Source: a bacterium (GTDB lineage Bacteria > UBA8248 > JACPRG01 > G963555815). From it: 64,000 nt of DNA. This document shows positions 18,762 to 28,496 of the stretch, one piece after another; the stretch's first letter is position 1, and the number at the start of each line of letters is the position of its first letter. The notes beneath the pieces are model-generated. The model saw only the letters and a list, made by a program, of their open reading frames with translations, was not told the DNA's origin and did no database searches. The stretch is from positions 1,920,001 through 1,984,000 of the forward strand of contig OZ244653.1 of the NCBI GenBank assembly GCA_965218795.1, read 5' to 3'. A program made the position numbers and the translations under genes.

Positions 18762-19175
18762 ATGAAGGCCCACACCGAATACTTCTGGTTCAGCACCAAA
18801 AATCACCGTGAATACCTCAACATCACGGACAAGGTGGAGGAGACCGTTCAAAAAAGCGGTATTCAGGAGGGGATGGCCCTGGTCTCGGCCATGCATATCA
18901 CGGCGTCCGTTTACGTCAACGACGCCGAATCGGGACTGATCGCCGACATCGAAGACTGGCTTCAGGAATTGGCGCCGGAAGGTCCGGACTACCGCCATCA
19001 TCGAACCGGCGAAACCAACGGGGACGCCCATCTCAAGAGCCTGTTGATGCACCATCAGGTGATCGTTCCCATCACCGGGGGACGGCTCGACCTGGGCCCC
19101 TGGCAACAGGTCTATTACGCAGAGTTTGACGGCCGGCGAAGGAAGCGCCTGATCATCAAGGTGATGGGCGAGTGA
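18762..19175 (+). CDS. yjbQ: YjbQ/UPF0047 family protein
   Basis: HITAS..ND, YRH...[19 protein letters not shown]. Confidence 0.92.
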   Translation: MKAHTEYFWFSTKNHREYLNITDKVEETVQKSGIQEGMALVSAMHITASVYVNDAESGLIADIEDWLQELAPEGPDYRHHRTGETNGDAHLKSLLMHHQVIVPITGGRLDLGPWQQVYYAEFDGRRRKRLIIKVMGE

Positions 19176-19304
19176 CAGCCCCGGCTCCCATCTGGAATCC
19201 GATCCTGAAATGCGTTACAATTCGTCGGTTCTCGTGAGTCTTTCCGGGAAGGGTTCGATGTTCCTCCCCGTTCCATCCTGTAAGCAATACCCGATTCGAA
19301 CGAA

Positions 19305-20489
19305 ATGATTGTAGGAATTCCCAAAGAGACCTTTCCGGATGAACGCCGTGTGGCGATGATCCCTTCTCAGATTTCCGCACTCATCCAGGCGGGGCTCGAA
19401 GTGCTCGTCGAGCCGGGGGCCGGGGCGGCCGCCGGCGTCCCCGATTCCGAATATCAGGAAAAAGAGGGTCGGATGGCCGGATCCCGGGCGGATGCGTTCG
19501 GCGGGGCGGACATCGTCCTTCAGGTCCGGACGCTCGGCGCCAACCCGGATGCGGGCCAGGCCGATCTCGACCTGATGCGCTCGGGGCAGACCCTGATGGG
19601 CTTCTGTGAGCCGCTTACGCCGGGCGAAGCACTACCATCCCTGGCGTCGCGCGGGGTCTCTCTGTTCTCCGTCGAGCTCCTGCCCAGAATCGCACGCGCC
19701 CAGAGCATGGACGCGCTTTCGTCCATGGCCACGGTTTCTGGCTACAAAGCGGTCCTCCTGGCGGCCAACCATCTTCCCAGAATGTTCCCCATGCTCATGA
19801 CCGCGGCGGGCACCATGGCGCCGGCCCGGGTGCTCATCATCGGCGCGGGGGTGGCGGGTTTGCAGGCGATCGCCACGGCCAACCGACTGGGCGCCGTCGT
19901 GCAGGCCTACGATGTGCGTCCCGCCGTCAAGGAACAAGCGGAGAGCCTTGGGGCCAAGTTCGTAGAACTTCCGCTCGAATCCGAAGACGCCGAAGACCGG
20001 GGCGGCTACGCCACCGACCTGGGAGAGGATTTTTACCGGAAGCAGCAAGAACTGATGGGAAAAGTGGTCAGCGAGAGCGACGTGGTCATCTGTACAGCGG
20101 CGGTCCCCGGGAAGAAGGCCCCCATCCTGGTCACCGCGAAGATGGTGGAAGGGATGTCTCCCGGCTCCGTCATCGTGGATCTGGCCGCCGAACGAGGCGG
20201 CAATTGTGAGCTCACCCGCCCGGAACAAACCATCGTCGAACACGACATAACGATCATCGGTCCGGCGAACCTACCGTCCACCATTCCCTATCACGCCAGC
20301 CAGATGTACGCCAAGAACATCGCCACCTTCCTTCTGCACCTCGTGAAGGACGGGCAATTGACCATCGACCTGGAGGATGAGATCACGCGTGCAACCCTCG
20401 TAACGCGGGGGGGAGACGTGGTCCATCCCAGGGTGCGTGAAGTCCTCGGCCTGGCGGGAGGGTCTTCCGATGGAGGGGAGAACGCCTGA
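19305..20489 (+). CDS. pntAA: NAD(P) transhydrogenase alpha subunit, domain I
   Basis: GIPKE..ERRVA, RAQSMDALSSMA, GAGVAGLQAIATA, DLAAERGGNCE. Confidence 0.96.
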   Translation: MIVGIPKETFPDERRVAMIPSQISALIQAGLEVLVEPGAGAAAGVPDSEYQEKEGRMAGSRADAFGGADIVLQVRTLGANPDAGQADLDLMRSGQTLMGFCEPLTPGEALPSLASRGVSLFSVELLPRIARAQSMDALSSMATVSGYKAVLLAANHLPRMFPMLMTAAGTMAPARVLIIGAGVAGLQAIATANRLGAVVQAYDVRPAVKEQAESLGAKFVELPLESEDAEDRGGYATDLGEDFYRKQQELMGKVVSESDVVICTAAVPGKKAPILVTAKMVEGMSPGSVIVDLAAERGGNCELTRPEQTIVEHDITIIGPANLPSTIPYHASQMYAKNIATFLLHLVKDGQLTIDLEDEITRATLVTRGGDVVHPRVREVLGLAGGSSDGGENA

Positions 20490-20767
20490 TGGATTTCGTC
20501 ACGATCCTGACCATCTTCGTCCTCGCGATGTATATCGGCTGGGAGGTCATTACGAAGGTCCCGCCCACGCTTCATACCCCGCTGATGTCGGGGTCGAACG
20601 CCATCTCCGGGATCACCATCATCGGGGCCCTCCTCGCCGTGGGAACGCAGGAGTCAACACTGACCACAATCCTCGGGCTGATCGCCTTGATCTTCGGAAC
20701 CATCAACGCGGTGGGCGGGTTTCTGGTCACGAACCGAATGCTCGGAATGTTCCGGAAGAAAGACTGA
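20489..20767 (+). CDS. pntAB: NAD(P) transhydrogenase alpha subunit, membrane part
   Basis: VPPTLHTPLMSGSNAISG, NAVGGFLVT.RML.MF. Confidence 0.96.
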   Translation: MDFVTILTIFVLAMYIGWEVITKVPPTLHTPLMSGSNAISGITIIGALLAVGTQESTLTTILGLIALIFGTINAVGGFLVTNRMLGMFRKKD

Positions 20768-20770
20768 GCC

Positions 20771-22162
20771 TTGCAACTCTCCCTGATCAACCTCTCTTAT
20801 CTCGTCGCCTCGGCCTTGTTCATCGCCGGCCTGAAGGGGCTGGCCCACCCGCGGACAGCCGTCCGCGGCAACCTCATGAGCGCGGTCGGGATGCTCCTGG
20901 CCATCGTGGTGACGCTCGTGAACCGAAGGATCCTGAGCTACGAGATGATCGTCGTCGGGTTCATCATCGGCGCGGCGATCGGCGCGGTCCTTGCCCTCAA
21001 GATACAAATGACCGCCATGCCGCAGATGGTCGCGCTGTTGAACGGCTTCGGGGGCGGCGCGTCGGTTCTCGTGGCCGCGGCGGCCTTGGCCATGGCCGGA
21101 ATGAAGACCGGACCGCTCGACAACCAGTTCACGGTGGCGACCGCCGCTTCAGGAATCATCGGGGCCGTCACGTTTTGGGGCAGCCTCGTAGCCTTCGCCA
21201 AGCTTCAGGAGCTCATGTCCGGGAATGCCATTCTGTTCACCGGTCAGCAGGTCTTGAACGCCCTCCTCGGGGCCGTGACCCTCGCCATCGCCGTTTGGCT
21301 GGTCAACGACCCGCACGCCTTCTGGAACTATTGGTTGCTGGTGGCGATTGCCTCCGTTCTCGGCATCCTGCTGGTGATTCCGATCGGCGGCGCCGACATG
21401 CCCGTTGTCATCGCCCTCCTGAATTCCTATTCGGGTCTGGCGGCGACAGCCACGGGCTTCGTCCTGAACAACAATATCCTCATCATCGCGGGCTCGCTGG
21501 TGGGGGCCTCGGGTATCATCCTCACGCGGATCATGTGCAAGGCCATGAACCGGTCGATGACCAACGTGCTGTTCGGCGTCCTGGGGCCCGTGGAGGGCCA
21601 GACCGCCACGGCGGATGAGGTCTACGAGGGCAAGATCAAATCCGTCTCGTCCGAGGAAGTGGCGATGGTGTTCGACACGGCTCGCAAGGTGGCCATCGTC
21701 CCCGGTTACGGGATGGCCGTCGCCCAGGCCCAGCACGCCGTCCGTGACCTGACGGAACTGCTGGAATCCAAGGGCGTCGAGGTGCTCTATGGCATACATC
21801 CCGTCGCGGGCCGGATGCCGGGCCACATGAACGTCCTGCTCGCCGAGGCCAACGTCCCGTACGACCAGCTCAAGGAAATGGACCAAATCAATCCGTTCAT
21901 GGAGCAGATAGACGTCGCCCTGATCATCGGAGCGAACGACACCGTCAATCCGGTCGCGCGTTCCGACCCCTCCAGCCCGATCGCCGGGATGCCCATTATC
22001 GACGTCGACAAGGCCCGCACCGTGATCGTCATCAAGCGCAGCCTGAGCCCGGGATTTGCCGGCATCCCCAACCCGCTGTTCGCTTTGGACAACACGCTGA
22101 TGTACTTCGGAGACGGGCAGAAGGCGGTGTTGGATCTCATCGGAGCCATCAAGGAATCCTGA
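20771..22162 (+). CDS. pntB: NAD(P) transhydrogenase beta subunit
   Basis: MTAMPQMVA, IGGADMPVV, PGYGMAVAQAQ, HPVAGRMPGHMNVLLAEA. Confidence 0.96.
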   Translation: MQLSLINLSYLVASALFIAGLKGLAHPRTAVRGNLMSAVGMLLAIVVTLVNRRILSYEMIVVGFIIGAAIGAVLALKIQMTAMPQMVALLNGFGGGASVLVAAAALAMAGMKTGPLDNQFTVATAASGIIGAVTFWGSLVAFAKLQELMSGNAILFTGQQVLNALLGAVTLAIAVWLVNDPHAFWNYWLLVAIASVLGILLVIPIGGADMPVVIALLNSYSGLAATATGFVLNNNILIIAGSLVGASGIILTRIMCKAMNRSMTNVLFGVLGPVEGQTATADEVYEGKIKSVSSEEVAMVFDTARKVAIVPGYGMAVAQAQHAVRDLTELLESKGVEVLYGIHPVAGRMPGHMNVLLAEANVPYDQLKEMDQINPFMEQIDVALIIGANDTVNPVARSDPSSPIAGMPIIDVDKARTVIVIKRSLSPGFAGIPNPLFALDNTLMYFGDGQKAVLDLIGAIKES

Positions 22163-22242
22163 TTCCCCGTCGCTGGACATCCGGGCGCGTCCAGCGGACC
22201 CCCCGGAATTGTTCATTCCCTCGCGAGAAACCCCAATCCGGA

Positions 22243-22375
22243 CTACCCCGGCAACTGGACGGCCAGGCCGGAGATCCGGTTGGCTTGGCTGAGGATGGCA
22301 GTGGAGGTCTGGGTTTTCGTGAGCGCGGCCGGCTCCTGCGCGATGTCTGCATCCCGCAACACCGAGGAGCACGGG
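22243..22375 (-). pseudogene. Flagellin C-terminal fragment
   Basis: SSVLRDADIAQEPAALTKTQTSTAILSQANRISGLAVQLPG* resembles the conserved flagellin end S.I.DAD.A.E...TK.QIL.Q...A.L.QAN.....L.LL. Confidence 0.6.
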
Positions 22376-22587
22376 CATTGCCACACCCCTGTTCCCTCGT
22401 TTTCGGCAGGCTCCGGAAATCGCTGAATGGAGGAGGTATCTTGAAAATGGAAAATTGCAGGAAAATACGACAACCCGCGGCCGTCAAGCACTCCGTCAAC
22501 TGCCCGCGGTGCGGCCAGGGTGTTCCAGCGATCGGTGAAGCTGATGTGCTATCGCCCCGCGATCAAGCCTCGTGCCCAGCGCCTTTT

Positions 22588-23277
22588 TCAGCAGCACCCT
22601 TTCACCCAGCCTCGCTCAACGTTCGGCTCACAGCGAATCCAATCATAGACCCGCGCGGCGAGGAGCGCCCCCGCGATTGGACCGATCCAGTACACCCAAT
22701 GGGCGGAGAAATAACCCCCGACCAATGCCGGACCGAAGGATCGCGCCGGGTTCATCGAGGCGCCTGAAATCGGTCCCGCGAACAGAGCCTCGAGCCCGAC
22801 CGTAGCTCCAATGGCGATGGCCGCCATGGAGCCGTTGGCCCGGGCGTCTGTCGCCACGGCCATGATAACGAACATCAGGAAGAAAGTCAGGAAGAACTCG
22901 AGACCGAGCGACTGGCCTGCCGAGCCAGCCGGAAAAGTCGCGCCCAAGGCGGCATGATTCCCGATGAGGCCCCGGATGGCGAGGCTGGCGAAGCAGGCGC
23001 CCAGCAATTGGGCCGTTACGTAGGACGGAACCTCCCGACCCGGGAAACGGCCCACCCCCCAAAAAGCGAGTGTAACGGCCGGGTTGATGTGAGCACCTGA
23101 GATGTGGCCCGTGGCGAAAACCATCGCGGCGATGACCAGACCGAAGGTCAGACCGATCCCCACATGGGAGACAGCGCCGCCGCTCGCCTGGTTGATGACC
23201 AACGCGCCCGTCCCCGCAAAGACAAGGCCGAAGGTGCCGATGAATTCAGCCGCCGATCGCTGAACCAATGATTTCAT
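22588..23277 (-). CDS. MIP/aquaglyceroporin, probable arsenite channel (AqpS-like)
   Basis: Two NPA motifs (HINPAVT, MNPARS); Cys-Cys C-terminus; follows arsC. Confidence 0.9.
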   Translation of the reverse strand: MKSLVQRSAAEFIGTFGLVFAGTGALVINQASGGAVSHVGIGLTFGLVIAAMVFATGHISGAHINPAVTLAFWGVGRFPGREVPSYVTAQLLGACFASLAIRGLIGNHAALGATFPAGSAGQSLGLEFFLTFFLMFVIMAVATDARANGSMAAIAIGATVGLEALFAGPISGASMNPARSFGPALVGGYFSAHWVYWIGPIAGALLAARVYDWIRCEPNVERGWVKGCC

Positions 23278-23346
23278 CGTTCTCTCCCTTACAACTGATT
23301 CGCGCCTCCCGAAACAGGAGCCACGACCAAGTCCGAAGAAAGGTCG

Positions 23347-23784
23347 TCATTCGGCTTGGTGAAGGGCCTCCGGTAATGATTCGATGAACGCCCGTATCTC
23401 ATCCCTCACCCTCGCAAACGTGGCCAGGATTTTCTCCTCGCTCCCCCGCGCCTTGGCCGGATCGTCGAAGCCTCGATGAATCACCGCGGCATCCCCCTGG
23501 AAGGTGGGGCAATGTTGGTCGGCATGACCGCAAACGGTGACAACATAGTCGAATCGGACTTGTTCCAGTGCGTCCACGGTTTTCGATTTCTGGCCCGAGA
23601 TTTCAACACCGGCGGAGCGCATGGCCTTCACTGCCCTGGGATTGAGCCCGTGGGCCTCTATGCCGGCAGAAAAAGGTTCAATCTGATCTCCTTTGAGATG
23701 CCAGGCCCATCCTTCCGCCATCTGGCTGCGACAGGAGTTCCCCGTACACAGGAAAAGAACCTTCAGCTTTTTGTCCGGTGTCAC
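23347..23784 (-). CDS. arsC: Thioredoxin-type arsenate reductase (LMWP fold)
   Basis: CTGNSCRSQMAEG, VTVC..ADQHCP, FDDP. Confidence 0.92.
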   Translation of the reverse strand: MTPDKKLKVLFLCTGNSCRSQMAEGWAWHLKGDQIEPFSAGIEAHGLNPRAVKAMRSAGVEISGQKSKTVDALEQVRFDYVVTVCGHADQHCPTFQGDAAVIHRGFDDPAKARGSEEKILATFARVRDEIRAFIESLPEALHQAE

Positions 23785-23985
23785 CTTTCAACCCTTCGAA
23801 GTTTCCCGCACCGGGCCATTTTCAAGAAAAAGATCATCCTCGGCGCGTCTTCTTACTGAAATCCTGCGGTCTGATCCTACCGTCATCCAGCCGGAAAGAA
23901 CCGTGACGGTTCTGTGGAAACCGCATCTTCCAGCGGGACTGATGGACCTAATGGGACGGAGTGCCGCGGGGGAGGTGGCGCGCCC

Positions 23986-24891
23986 TCATCCCCCCTGGGC
24001 CGAAAAGGCCAGAATGGCGGCAACGGCAAACGCGAGGCCGATTATTTTTGAACGCGTCAACGGCTCCCCGAGGAATATTGCAGCCCAGATCATCGTCACC
24101 AGAAAGCTGAGTTGAACGATCGGAACCACCACGCTGGCGTTCCCGCCCCTTCGGAATGCGAACAGCATCAGGCTGAACGAAATCGCTTTCAGGCATCCGG
24201 TCATCGGAAGGAACACCCAGTTGGCTCTCGGCATCGAATACCTCTTCCTCGCGACAACCAGGATGCAAGCGCAGACGGCCCACGACATCGAGCCCAGGAC
24301 GATCGCCCATCCAATGTTCGCTCCCTCCTGGATGCCGATCTTCAGAGTGACCCCCAGCATGGCGAAGAGGACCATGGCCAGAAGAGCAAGGCCGATCGAC
24401 CGCCCCGAGCCCGTCCCGTTCGTCTTCCGGCGGCCTGCGAGCAGGGTCACCGATGCGATGCCGAGAGCCGCGAAGATCAGCCCCGCGCCCACGGCGGCGG
24501 TCCAAGGCTCGCCCAGCCAAAGGATCGCGAAGACCGCCACCAGGACGAAATTCAGACGGAAAATCAGCGTGTTGACGCCGACCTCCCCTTCGCGCAATGA
24601 AGAGACAAAGAAATAAACGGCCCAGAAGGAAAACACCCCGAAGACCAGACCATACAGGACCGTGGCCTGATTGATGATCAACCCTTCCATCAGATACCCG
24701 AACAGCAGGGCGACGCCGGCGAACGGGACGCACTCGACGGCGAAGTAGGACTCGAAGACGACCCCTCTTTCCTGAGCCCGCTTGTAGATGAAGTCGGAGG
24801 TGCCCTGCGTCACCATGCTGAGTACGGCCAGAAGAATATTGAGCACGGACGCGCCGCTCCCTTTCGCGCGATTGGAGGCATCCGTCGGCAA
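23986..24891 (-). CDS. EamA/DMT family transporter
   Basis: About 10 TM segments in two repeats ending L.EP.T. Confidence 0.85.
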   Translation of the reverse strand: MPTDASNRAKGSGASVLNILLAVLSMVTQGTSDFIYKRAQERGVVFESYFAVECVPFAGVALLFGYLMEGLIINQATVLYGLVFGVFSFWAVYFFVSSLREGEVGVNTLIFRLNFVLVAVFAILWLGEPWTAAVGAGLIFAALGIASVTLLAGRRKTNGTGSGRSIGLALLAMVLFAMLGVTLKIGIQEGANIGWAIVLGSMSWAVCACILVVARKRYSMPRANWVFLPMTGCLKAISFSLMLFAFRRGGNASVVVPIVQLSFLVTMIWAAIFLGEPLTRSKIIGLAFAVAAILAFSAQGG

Positions 24892-24957
24892 GGCCGCCGA
24901 ACCCCTTCAGCCCGCCGGTCTCAGGGAAGGTCTTGAGGAAGGTAAATCAACCCCGGC

Positions 24958-25371
24958 CTAGGATGCGTTCCCGTAATCCTCGTCCGAGACCGCTTCCATC
25001 CATTCGGTGGGGCCGCCCATGGAATGGGCGATGTGCTCCATGGTCTCACCGGGGGAGGCCCCATGCCAATGCTTTTCCCCGGATGGGATGTATATAACGT
25101 CGTCCGGCCGGATGAGGTGCGCCTTTTCGCCCCTGTTTTTTTCGTCCCAGCTCTGAATCAGCCCCGCGCCTTGGGTGACGTGGAGGATTTGGCCAACCGG
25201 GTGGGTGTGCCAGTTCGTTCGGGCGCCGGGCTCAAATCGGACGTGGGCAACGCGCACCAAGATGCGGTCCTCGAGATTCAGCATGGGCGTCATTCCGACA
25301 AGCCCGGTAAAGTCATCCATCTCTTCCGGCGCCGCGAGCGGCGTGTCGTCCTTCAAAAAGAACTCCATCAT
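24958..25371 (-). CDS. Cupin domain protein
   Basis: FEPGARTNWHTHPVGQ, EKHWHGA. Confidence 0.9.
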   Translation of the reverse strand: MMEFFLKDDTPLAAPEEMDDFTGLVGMTPMLNLEDRILVRVAHVRFEPGARTNWHTHPVGQILHVTQGAGLIQSWDEKNRGEKAHLIRPDDVIYIPSGEKHWHGASPGETMEHIAHSMGGPTEWMEAVSDEDYGNAS

Positions 25372-25431
25372 CCAATCCTCATTTTCAGTATTTCAGGCAG
25401 TCCCGAAGAGCGAAGTCTGATGAACGTCCGG

Positions 25432-26736
25432 TCAGGCCGCCAGCACGGACTCGAACGAGGCCTTCAGGATGTCCATGGCCCGGTCGACATCCGATCTGTC
25501 GATGTTCATGGGCGGTGTGATCCGAATGATATTCCCGGAAAGCCCTCCTTTCCCGAGGAGCAGGCCGCGTCGCCTGGTCTCCTCAAAGACCCGGTTGACG
25601 GCGTCGGGTGCAGGCCGCTTGTCTTCCCAGACCAGCTCGATAGCCTGCATCAGCCCCATCCCGCGGACATCGCCGATGACCGGGAACAATTCCTTCAGCT
25701 CGTTCAGCCGATTCGCCATGTGCGCGCCGACGACCTCGGAGTTGTAAACGATCTCCTCGCTGACCACGACGTCGATTGTGGCCAGGGCGGCCATGGTCGA
25801 TACCGGGTTTCCGCCGAACGTGGAGATCGTCAGCCCCTGCAGGCTGTCGGCCACTTCAGGCATGGCGACGGTGGCGCCGATGGGCGCGCCGTTCCCCAGC
25901 GTCTTGGCCATCGTCATGACCTCGGGCTCGGTGTTGAAGTGCTGAATGCCGAACATTTTTCCGCCCGTCCGGCCGAAACCCGTCTGGACTTCATCACAGA
26001 TGAAGACGCCCCCGTATTTCCGCACGATGTCCGTCACGACCTGGAAGTACTCCTTGGGCGGGACGATGAAACCGCCTACGCCTTGAATGGGCTCGGCGAT
26101 GAACGCCGCGATGGAACCGCTGGTTGCCGTCTGGATGACCTGCTCCACGTCGCGGGCGCAGAGCAAATCGCAGCTGGGGTAGGTTTGTTCGTACGGACAA
26201 CGGTAGCAGTAGGGATTGGGCGCATGGACCACGCCACCCATGGTCCCCGCCGCGGATGAGCGCCAGGGAGCCTGCCCCGTGAGGGACATGGCCATCCCCG
26301 TCCGACCGCTGTAGCCGGAGCGCAACGCGACGACCTCGTGGTTTCCCGTGTAACTTCTGGCCGCCAGGACGGCCGTTTCGTTCGCCTCGCTTCCACTGTT
26401 GGTGAAAAAAGATTTCTGCAGCTTTCCGGGCGTGATGTTGGCCAGTTTCTCGGCCAGGGCGACGGAAGGCTCCGTCAGATAGAGTGTCGAGGTATGCTGG
26501 ATCTTCTCCGCCTGCTCGCGGGTGCGCCTCGTGATCTCCGGATGGCAATGGCCGAGCCCGACGGTAAGAATGCCGCCGAAGAAATCCAGGTACTCCTGAC
26601 CGTCGGCGTCCTTGACCGTGGCCCCTTTGCCCTCTTCGACGACCAGCGGTTCCTCGTAATACGAAAAAGCGGCGGGAAAGACGTACTCCTTTGCCTTATC
26701 CCGGACTTTCTGCGACCGATTGTCGGAATCCGACAT
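25432..26736 (-). CDS. Class III PLP aminotransferase (AGXT2/GabT-like)
   Basis: YLDFFGG, NSGSEANE, EPIQGVGG, DEVQTGFGRTG, MAKTLGNG. Confidence 0.93.
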   Translation of the reverse strand: MSDSDNRSQKVRDKAKEYVFPAAFSYYEEPLVVEEGKGATVKDADGQEYLDFFGGILTVGLGHCHPEITRRTREQAEKIQHTSTLYLTEPSVALAEKLANITPGKLQKSFFTNSGSEANETAVLAARSYTGNHEVVALRSGYSGRTGMAMSLTGQAPWRSSAAGTMGGVVHAPNPYCYRCPYEQTYPSCDLLCARDVEQVIQTATSGSIAAFIAEPIQGVGGFIVPPKEYFQVVTDIVRKYGGVFICDEVQTGFGRTGGKMFGIQHFNTEPEVMTMAKTLGNGAPIGATVAMPEVADSLQGLTISTFGGNPVSTMAALATIDVVVSEEIVYNSEVVGAHMANRLNELKELFPVIGDVRGMGLMQAIELVWEDKRPAPDAVNRVFEETRRRGLLLGKGGLSGNIIRITPPMNIDRSDVDRAMDILKASFESVLAA

Positions 26737-26937
26737 GGCGGCGTTTCCTTTCGTCACGGGGAATTCCTGCGAATCCCGTTTCCATCCCAATCCATGAGCC
26801 GAACGATGGGGCGTAGTCGTAAAGATACCCAAGACTGTTCAGCCGCTCAAGGAGGGCGGCATCAGGGAGAACGAAAGCTGGCAACAGAAATCAAAAGCGA
26901 CGCCGGGAGTCAAAATATCAAGGCGGGGGCCTCGCCC

Positions 26938-27471
26938 CTACGACGGTTCGACCATCTCCTCCCCACCCGCCGCGACGAGGGCTCTGGGATCGAGCAGGTC
27001 AGTGCCTTCAAATCGATGGGCGTTCCCGATGGCTTTTACGATCTTTGTGTACCCCGTACACCGGCACAGGTTTCCCCCGATCCCCTGATGAATGTCTTCC
27101 AGTTCGGGGCGGGGATTTCTGTCATACAGCGCCTTGGCCGCCATCAGCATTCCGGGAATACAGATCCCGCACTGCGCCGCTCCGTAATAGACAAACGCCG
27201 CCTGCAACGGGTGGATCTCGTCAACCGAGCGGGCGAGGCCCTCCACGGTCGTGACCTCCCGGCCCTCACATTCCACCGCGAGCGTCAGGCAGGAAAGCGC
27301 GAGGCTCCCGTCGATATTCACCGAACAGGCCCCGCAGTCTCCTGTGTCGCAGCCTTTCTTGCTTCCCGTCAGCCCGAGCATGGCGCGGTTGACATCCAAG
27401 AGCGACCAGTGGTCCTGAATCTCCATCTCATGCTCGACGTCATTGACCTTGAGGGCGATTTTCCTTTTCAT
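26938..27471 (-). CDS. Xanthine oxidase-family 2Fe-2S subunit (HcrC/CoxS-like)
   Basis: GC.TG.CGAC...C and QCGIC...NLCRCTGY. Confidence 0.94.
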   Translation of the reverse strand: MKRKIALKVNDVEHEMEIQDHWSLLDVNRAMLGLTGSKKGCDTGDCGACSVNIDGSLALSCLTLAVECEGREVTTVEGLARSVDEIHPLQAAFVYYGAAQCGICIPGMLMAAKALYDRNPRPELEDIHQGIGGNLCRCTGYTKIVKAIGNAHRFEGTDLLDPRALVAAGGEEMVEPS

Positions 27472-28496
27472 CCACCTGTCTCCATCACTTCGAGCACCTC
27501 GGCATCACTTCGGCACCTCGAGACGGCACTTTGAATCGCGTCCCTGACTATCAGTTCAACCATCCTCTTCCGGTGCGGGGGCGGCATCACCGTAGTCTTC
27601 AGCGGGCGCGCCTGGGACCTGGCGGCTTTTGCCGCCATGCCGATGACCTCCTCTGTCGGCGGATTCCCCGTGAGGGTCTCTTCCACCTTGGGCGAGCGTT
27701 CAGGGGCGCAGCCGACCGCCGTCAGCGCAACCTGTACGTCGGCGCATCGCCCCTGTTCCAGACGAAGGGCGACGGCCACCCCCGCGAGCGGAAAATCCAC
27801 GCTGTCGCGAAGGCGGTATTTCTTGTAGGCCGACCCCGTACCCGGCGCAGGCGCCGGAACCAGGACATCGACGACCAACTCACCGGGTTCGAGTCCGATG
27901 GGCACCTTGCCGTCCCCCGTATACAGCTCGCGGACCGGCGCGGTGCGTACGCCCTTCGGCCCGGCGATCCTCATCTCCGCACCGAGGACCATAAAGGCCG
28001 GGGCCGTATCCCCCGAATAGTTCGCGTAGCACTCGGTGGCATCTTTCACGACAAAGCAGGCCTCCCCTCCCATCTTCAGGCACGGCCCCAATGTGCCGCG
28101 CCACATCTCGGATTGGTTAAAGTACCAGCATCGCGTATCAAGACAAAGATTTCCGCCCAGGGTTCCCATCGTCTGCTGGGCAATGGCGGCAACGCTGTGC
28201 GCGGCTTCGGCGATTGCCGCATAGCGAAGACGGACGACCTCGCTCTGGCTGAGGTCCCACAATTTCGTGGAAGCGCCGACGGCAAGCCCTTTCGATTCAT
28301 TGAAATCCAACCGGTGTAACTCGGGAAGCCGCTTGATGTCCACCACATACCGGGGTGTGAAGACGCGCTGCTTGAGCGAGACCAGCAAATCGGTCCCCCC
28401 GGCGAGAATCATGGCATCCGGGCCGTGCCGCTCCAGGAGGGCGCAAGCGTCCTCCAGGGAATCCGGCCGAACGTAATCGAACGCCGGCATGGTCAT
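27468..28496 (-). CDS. Xanthine oxidase-family FAD subunit with HcrB-type [4Fe-4S] insertion
   Basis: AGGTDL, GTLGGNLC, insertion DTRCWYFNQS..C..C..C. Confidence 0.9.
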   Translation of the reverse strand: MTMPAFDYVRPDSLEDACALLERHGPDAMILAGGTDLLVSLKQRVFTPRYVVDIKRLPELHRLDFNESKGLAVGASTKLWDLSQSEVVRLRYAAIAEAAHSVAAIAQQTMGTLGGNLCLDTRCWYFNQSEMWRGTLGPCLKMGGEACFVVKDATECYANYSGDTAPAFMVLGAEMRIAGPKGVRTAPVRELYTGDGKVPIGLEPGELVVDVLVPAPAPGTGSAYKKYRLRDSVDFPLAGVAVALRLEQGRCADVQVALTAVGCAPERSPKVEETLTGNPPTEEVIGMAAKAARSQARPLKTTVMPPPHRKRMVELIVRDAIQSAVSRCRSDAEVLEVMETGG

